Below are positions 60,301 through 64,000 of a stretch of DNA of 64,000 nucleotides, piece by piece. Made by a program: the position numbers and the translations under genes. The DNA lies in the NCBI GenBank assembly GCA_965242695.1, contig CBDESU010000002.1, forward strand, positions 1,376,001-1,440,000. The letters run 5' to 3'. This stretch comes from Cenarchaeum sp. GTDB taxonomy: Archaea > Thermoproteota > Nitrososphaeria > Nitrososphaerales > Nitrosopumilaceae. Under the pieces are notes generated by a model. It was not told the origin of the DNA, searched no databases, and saw only the letters and a program-made list of their open reading frames with translations. The first letter of the stretch is position 1; each line of letters begins with the position of its first letter.

Positions 60301-62710
60301 CGAGGTCGGCTCGCCGGCCTCGCTTGGGGCCTCGAACAGCATGAGTATCGAGGCGATCGCGCCCGTCGTCCTGAGCGTTACCTCGCCCAACGCCAACGGA
60401 ACCTACACCGAGACGGGCACAAACATTACGATTACTGCCACCTTTGACGAGGCTGTATCGGTGACGGGAGAGCCTGCCCTTGAGCTGGGGATGGACGGCA
60501 TGAACCGCAACGCGTCGTACGCGAATGGCACCGAGACGCGCATGCTGTCGTTCGTTTACACCATAGCGCCTGGGGATCGGACGGACGACCTAGAGTATGC
60601 CGGCATGGGCGCCATGACCCTTCCCGACGGAGCGACCATCCGCGACGTGTACGGCAACAACGCCAACCTTATGTTGCCTGCATCGGGACCAAGCTCACTG
60701 GGCGGCTCGAAGGACATTGCAATCAGCACAGATATGACGGGGCCAAACGTCACGGCAGTCGCCTCGCCCGATGCCAATGCCACGTACGGGGCGGGGGCCA
60801 TGATCAACATTACGGTCACATTCGACGAAGATGTTGCAGTCGAAGGTACGCCCCTGCTGGAGCTGGAGACCGGCGCCACTGACCGGAACGCGACATTCGT
60901 TGCTGTCGACTCTGCCAGCATGATGTTCCGGTACATGGTGCAGCAAGGCGACATGTCTGACGACTTGGCGTACACGGGCACGGATGCGCTGGCCCTCAAC
61001 GGAGGCTCTGTGCGAGATGCCGACGGCAACGCCGCAAGCCTAGAGCTTCCGGCGCCCGGCACAACGGGGTCGCTCTCGGACTCTGGCGACATTAGGATCG
61101 ACACGAGTAGCGGCGGCGGCTCTGCCATGGATCGCACGCCGCCGACCGTCATGGGCGTCACCTCTCCCGATGCCGACGGCACGTACGGAACGGGCACAAT
61201 GATCAACATTACGGTCGCATTCAGCGAGAATGTCAATGTGGACGGCGCGCCACAGCTGGAGCTGGCGACGGGTGCCGCCAACCGCAGCGCCGTGTACGCG
61301 TCGGGGAGCGGCACGGCCATGCTGATGTTCAGCTATGCCGTCATGTCGGGCGACATGTCTGCCGACTTGGACTATACCGGCATGAATGCGCTGTCCCTCA
61401 ACGGCGGAACAATCATGGATGCGGCCGGCAACAATGCCAGCTTGGCCCTGCCGGCACCGGGTACGGCCGGCTCGCTGTCTGACTCTAGCAACATTGTGAT
61501 CGATACGGAAGTGGCTACAGGGATGACCAACTCGACGGTCGGCACGATGACGGCCACCATCGTCCCCGCCACGACGACGCCGTCCGGCACCGGTGGCGGC
61601 ACCGACACCGTGACGCCTCCGACCGTCGTGGCGGCGCAGCCGTCGTTCCCGTTCGGCACCGGCGGTGGAGGCGGTGGCGGAGGCGGTGGCGGCGGAACGC
61701 GCCTCGCACCGGGCGACGGCTCTGGATCGATCATCCTGTACGCGGCCGCATGGGACTGCAACGAGGGGACGATCCAGATTACGACAAACGCCGGAATACG
61801 CCCCGAGATTAGCGTCCTGTCGTCGGCCGGCACGATCACCGCAGGGATGACAGACGGCCCGCACCCGGCGGGCCGCGCCGTCTACGAGGCGTCGCTCCCA
61901 GAGGACTCTATACTGTCTATCAGGGCCACTGCCGTAGAGGGCCGTACCATGTCTACCGCATCCGAGACGGTCCGTACAAACGGGCAGTGCACCGGCGAGA
62001 CCGTATTCAGGGCGTACGGGGCGCCGACCGCCGCGCCGGGTGTTGCAGACCGCGACCAGCCTGCCGAGGATGGGACGGCCGCAGAGCGGCCAGACATGCC
62101 GGCGGCCGACCGCGACCAGCCTGCCGAGGATGGGACGGCCGCAGAGCGGCCAGACATGCCGGCGGCCGACCGCGAGCAGATCGAGATACCTCCGCCGCCG
62201 CCAGATCCCGACGAGATGAGGCAGGATGCGCCGGATGCCGACGAGCGGGCGCCGGCCACCGATGCGACGACGACTGCCGAGTCCGAGACGACTCCAGCCG
62301 CCGACGAGGATGGCGGCTGCCTGATCGCGACGGCCGCGTACGGAACCGAGATTGCCCCGCAGGTGCAGCACCTCCGCGAGGTTCGCGACAGCACGCTCTT
62401 GACGACAGAGTCTGGCAGGGCGTTCATGGCCGCGTTTGGCACCGCGTACTATGCATTCTCGCCGCACGTGGCAGACCTGGAGCGCGAGCACCCCGCGTTC
62501 AGGCAGGCCGTCGCGGCCCTGGTCGCGCCGATGCTCCTCGCACTGCAGGTCGTCGATTCGGCAGAGCCCGGGTCGGAGCACAGCGTCGTCGCGTACGGCG
62601 CCTTGGCGATATCGCTGGTGGCGGGAATGTACGTTGCGGCGCCGGCCGCCGGCGCGTGGTATGCCGTCCGCGTCTGGCGAGGCCGCCCTGCCGGCGCCCC
62701 TGCCTCCTAG
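57320..62710 (+). CDS. Large surface glycoprotein: 2 near-identical beta-propellers, 4 Ig-like repeats, CFI-box-CTERM anchor
   Basis: 1796 aa; CTTATAT box ~25 nt before GTG; blade repeats (YA.VA....G.QLIRI..NGTL); four V.S...GTY..G..I.I...F.E.V.V.G.P.LEL units; GGCLIATAAYG. Confidence 0.88.
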   Translation: MNCEPSRICDVASPPSVTCMHGAKSRAPVAPAAMATGTASRSRTWGRPAVALSAFAVLAIAVSAAALVPLAYHGGESMPYALAADIFGDAVSVLSSTPVQGPAALQLPAAHAEHMTPSSPDVLSMVAGAAAIEGQGAHAGLANASDVDVVVADGRTYAVASAYDAGKVSLIRIYDDGTMAAADSLSEATDSTLVLSEASGLEAFNVGDKAYAIVAARTDHGVQLIRIDGENGTLVPVDNAVNGTTTADSKTFDTLSGAVDVDVVSVNSTHTYALVAAATDDGIQVIRIVNETLVPVHSVRDGDANLDRLNIEYGVIDAFRMDSAFYAIVAADGENGVNLVRILENGTLRGVDSAVDGVGGYDNLGKVAGVSAFTAPNGTMFAITSSDTGPADDIQLIRINATGMTPVNSARIGFELMEQSYDIKAFAVGDDRYAAVATYNRGAVQLIQIHTNGTLEQVDIARDDPNEGYYLGGVYGINQFELGGSTYVITASDGDDAIQLILVKNRTLTAGAAAIEGQGAHAGLVDASDVDVVVADGRTYAVASAYDAGKVSLIRIYDDGTMAAADSLSEATDSTLVLSEASGLEAFNVGDKAYAIVAARTDHGVQLIRIDGENGTLVPVDNAVNGTTTADSKTFDTLSGAVDVDVVSVNSTHTYALVAAATDDGIQVIRIVNETLVPVHSVRDGDANLDRLNIEYGVIDAFRMDSAFYAIVAADGENGVNLVRILENGTLRGVDSAVDGVGGYDNLDKVAGVSAFTAPNGTMFAITSSDTGPADDIQLIRINATGMTPVNSARIGFELMERSFDIKAFAVGDDRYAAVATYDRDAVQLIQIHTNGTLEQVDIARDDSNEGYYLAAVYGINQFELGGSTYVITASDNSDAVQLIRMNSPSLKVTHVRSDDADATYEAGRNIDIAIHFTYPVNVAGQLELKLNSGGNASYMGGTGTDKLTFRYTVGTGESAENLDYTGTDALSGTGTIVGATGSNAGRQADLTLPEVGSPASLGASNSMSIEAIAPVVLSVTSPNANGTYTETGTNITITATFDEAVSVTGEPALELGMDGMNRNASYANGTETRMLSFVYTIAPGDRTDDLEYAGMGAMTLPDGATIRDVYGNNANLMLPASGPSSLGGSKDIAISTDMTGPNVTAVASPDANATYGAGAMINITVTFDEDVAVEGTPLLELETGATDRNATFVAVDSASMMFRYMVQQGDMSDDLAYTGTDALALNGGSVRDADGNAASLELPAPGTTGSLSDSGDIRIDTSSGGGSAMDRTPPTVMGVTSPDADGTYGTGTMINITVAFSENVNVDGAPQLELATGAANRSAVYASGSGTAMLMFSYAVMSGDMSADLDYTGMNALSLNGGTIMDAAGNNASLALPAPGTAGSLSDSSNIVIDTEVATGMTNSTVGTMTATIVPATTTPSGTGGGTDTVTPPTVVAAQPSFPFGTGGGGGGGGGGGGTRLAPGDGSGSIILYAAAWDCNEGTIQITTNAGIRPEISVLSSAGTITAGMTDGPHPAGRAVYEASLPEDSILSIRATAVEGRTMSTASETVRTNGQCTGETVFRAYGAPTAAPGVADRDQPAEDGTAAERPDMPAADRDQPAEDGTAAERPDMPAADREQIEIPPPPPDPDEMRQDAPDADERAPATDATTTAESETTPAADEDGGCLIATAAYGTEIAPQVQHLREVRDSTLLTTESGRAFMAAFGTAYYAFSPHVADLEREHPAFRQAVAALVAPMLLALQVVDSAEPGSEHSVVAYGALAISLVAGMYVAAPAAGAWYAVRVWRGRPAGAPAS
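57698..59975 (+). repeat. 1149-bp intragenic tandem duplication (383-aa propeller unit)
   Basis: gctggcgctgccgccattgaagg starts at 57698 and 58847; only ~20 substitutions. Confidence 0.93.
62049..62175 (+). repeat. 60-bp tandem repeat (DRDQPAEDGTAAERPDMPAA) in the stalk
   Basis: Two identical 60-bp units plus a partial unit. Confidence 0.9.
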
Positions 62711-64000
62711 CAAGGTTGCCCCCCCTCGCTAGGGGCCGTCGGCCGTTGCCGCGTACAGGATGCAGCGATCCTTGGCTGTCGGGCGCAGGCGCCCGACACC
62801 ACTGGGCCTGGATATCCTCGCCGGGCCTGGCCAGCTTGCGCCTGCACGCCTGCGCCGGCGTCCCGTGCATGGGCGCGTCGCGGGCCATGCTGGTCTGCCC
62901 GGAGTTCGGCCGGTGGAAGGGCGGGCCGTCGGCGTCGCGCGGGTGCGGCGGGCGCACTTGCAGGCGGCGCGGCATGCCGTGCGGCCGGCCGGCCGCATCG
63001 GGGGCAAGGCGGCGCGGCGCGGCCGCCGACATGGCGCGCGCCCTCTTGGACATTGCCGATCTCGCGCGCGATCCCGATGACCCTGCGGGGGATGTCTCGG
63101 AAGAATTGGCACACGTCGCCACGCGCCGCATGTTGAATTTCCTCGAGGACGGCGCCGCCCTCTTGGAACGCTGTCCCGCACAGACGGAGCGCGAGCGGGC
63201 CGCGTTTCTGATAGGCCGCCTGGCGGGCCGCCGTGCCGCCTTGGGCGGACGGGCCTGCCGCGCGGACCGCCGGATCTTGCCCCGGCTTCCGCCCCCGCCG
63301 GCGGCGCAGAGTCGGGAACACTCTTGGAGGCGCGAGCGCGGCTCCCTTACGGCGGCAACACAGTGGCGCCTGGCGCGTCCGCTTTGCGCGGCACCGCGGC
63401 CAGTGCTTCGAAGCCTGCCGCCGTGCACCTTGCAGCCCCAAGCGCGCCGGAAGGCGCCGGCAGGCGCATTCCCGTCATGGCTGCGCGGGCGACAAACCTC
63501 ACTGTCCTGTGCACAAGGCAGCGCCCCTTCCTGCGGGGGGGCAGGCTCCTGCCGCTCGGCGCCGCCGGGGACATTGTCCACTACTTGGGCGGCGCGAGGC
63601 GGGGCTCGCGCGGCTGCGCGGCCGGCGCGGCGGGGCCTGCAGGCTGCGCCGGGGAGGCGGAGATTGCGCGGGTGCGCCCCTGCATGGGAGCAGCAGGGGC
63701 GTGCGCCTGTCGTAGCCGCTCCTGCTGCAGGCCTTCCTCCTAGCGCACGCCATTGCGCCATGCGGCAATGCCGGCCCGCCGCACTGCGCGGCCGCACACC
63801 GCTAGGCCCGGGTTGGGCGACCCTGCCGGCGCACGCCCCGCTCCCGCCGCAGGAGAGGCGGCCGGCGCGGCGCCGCCCGCGCAGGGAACCGCAGTGCGGG
63901 GGCCGCCTGCCCGCCTGCTTGCCCGGGATCGAGTCCCGGCCTCTGGGGGCGCGATCCGACGGGCCTCCGGCCGCCGGATGCGAGGAAGCTGGCAATTCAG

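Noticed and set aside
62499-63995. 498-aa minus-strand ORF at the window end
   Set aside because: Low-complexity Arg/Ala/Pro composition typical of non-coding GC-rich DNA

Overview
GC-rich archaeal DNA, most likely from an ammonia-oxidising Nitrososphaerota (Nitrosopumilaceae, Cenarchaeum-like, possibly a sponge symbiont; this is inference). Evidence: rpoD-eL18-uL13-uS9, the SBDS-rrp4-rrp41-rrp42-eL43-pcc1-prefoldin-XPF cluster, cofE, giant surface proteins with the GGCLIATAAYG (CFI-box) C-terminus, and many TATA-proximal leaderless starts. The core region (6-30.5 kb) carries two LeuCD/HacAB pairs, ribosomal and exosome genes, NAD kinase, a Tat-exported carbonic anhydrase, rhodanese, tRNA-Arg(CCG), ferredoxin, an orphan MTase and SixA-Ppx. 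Accessory DNA flanks it. At 0.4-5.6 kb lies a low-GC defence island: an AbrB-like gene coupled to a type IIG R-M fusion, plus an ABC/AAA ATPase with a small nuclease. At 30.7-45.8 kb lies a decaying conflict/TA region: tandem PIN modules with an unusual partner, a three-gene HEPN operon, and an R-M cassette bracketed by ~540-bp direct repeats whose endonuclease is split by a ~110-bp MITE. At 46.9-62.7 kb are two giant modular surface glycoproteins. Most notable: the MITE-inactivated endonuclease, a poly-G uORF coupled to the 2648-aa surface protein (candidate phase-variation switch), the PIN and HEPN modules with non-canonical partners, three unrelated intergenic repeat-spacer-repeat units with 70-71 bp period, and possible ACG start codons. 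All family assignments come from motif recognition; no database search was run.
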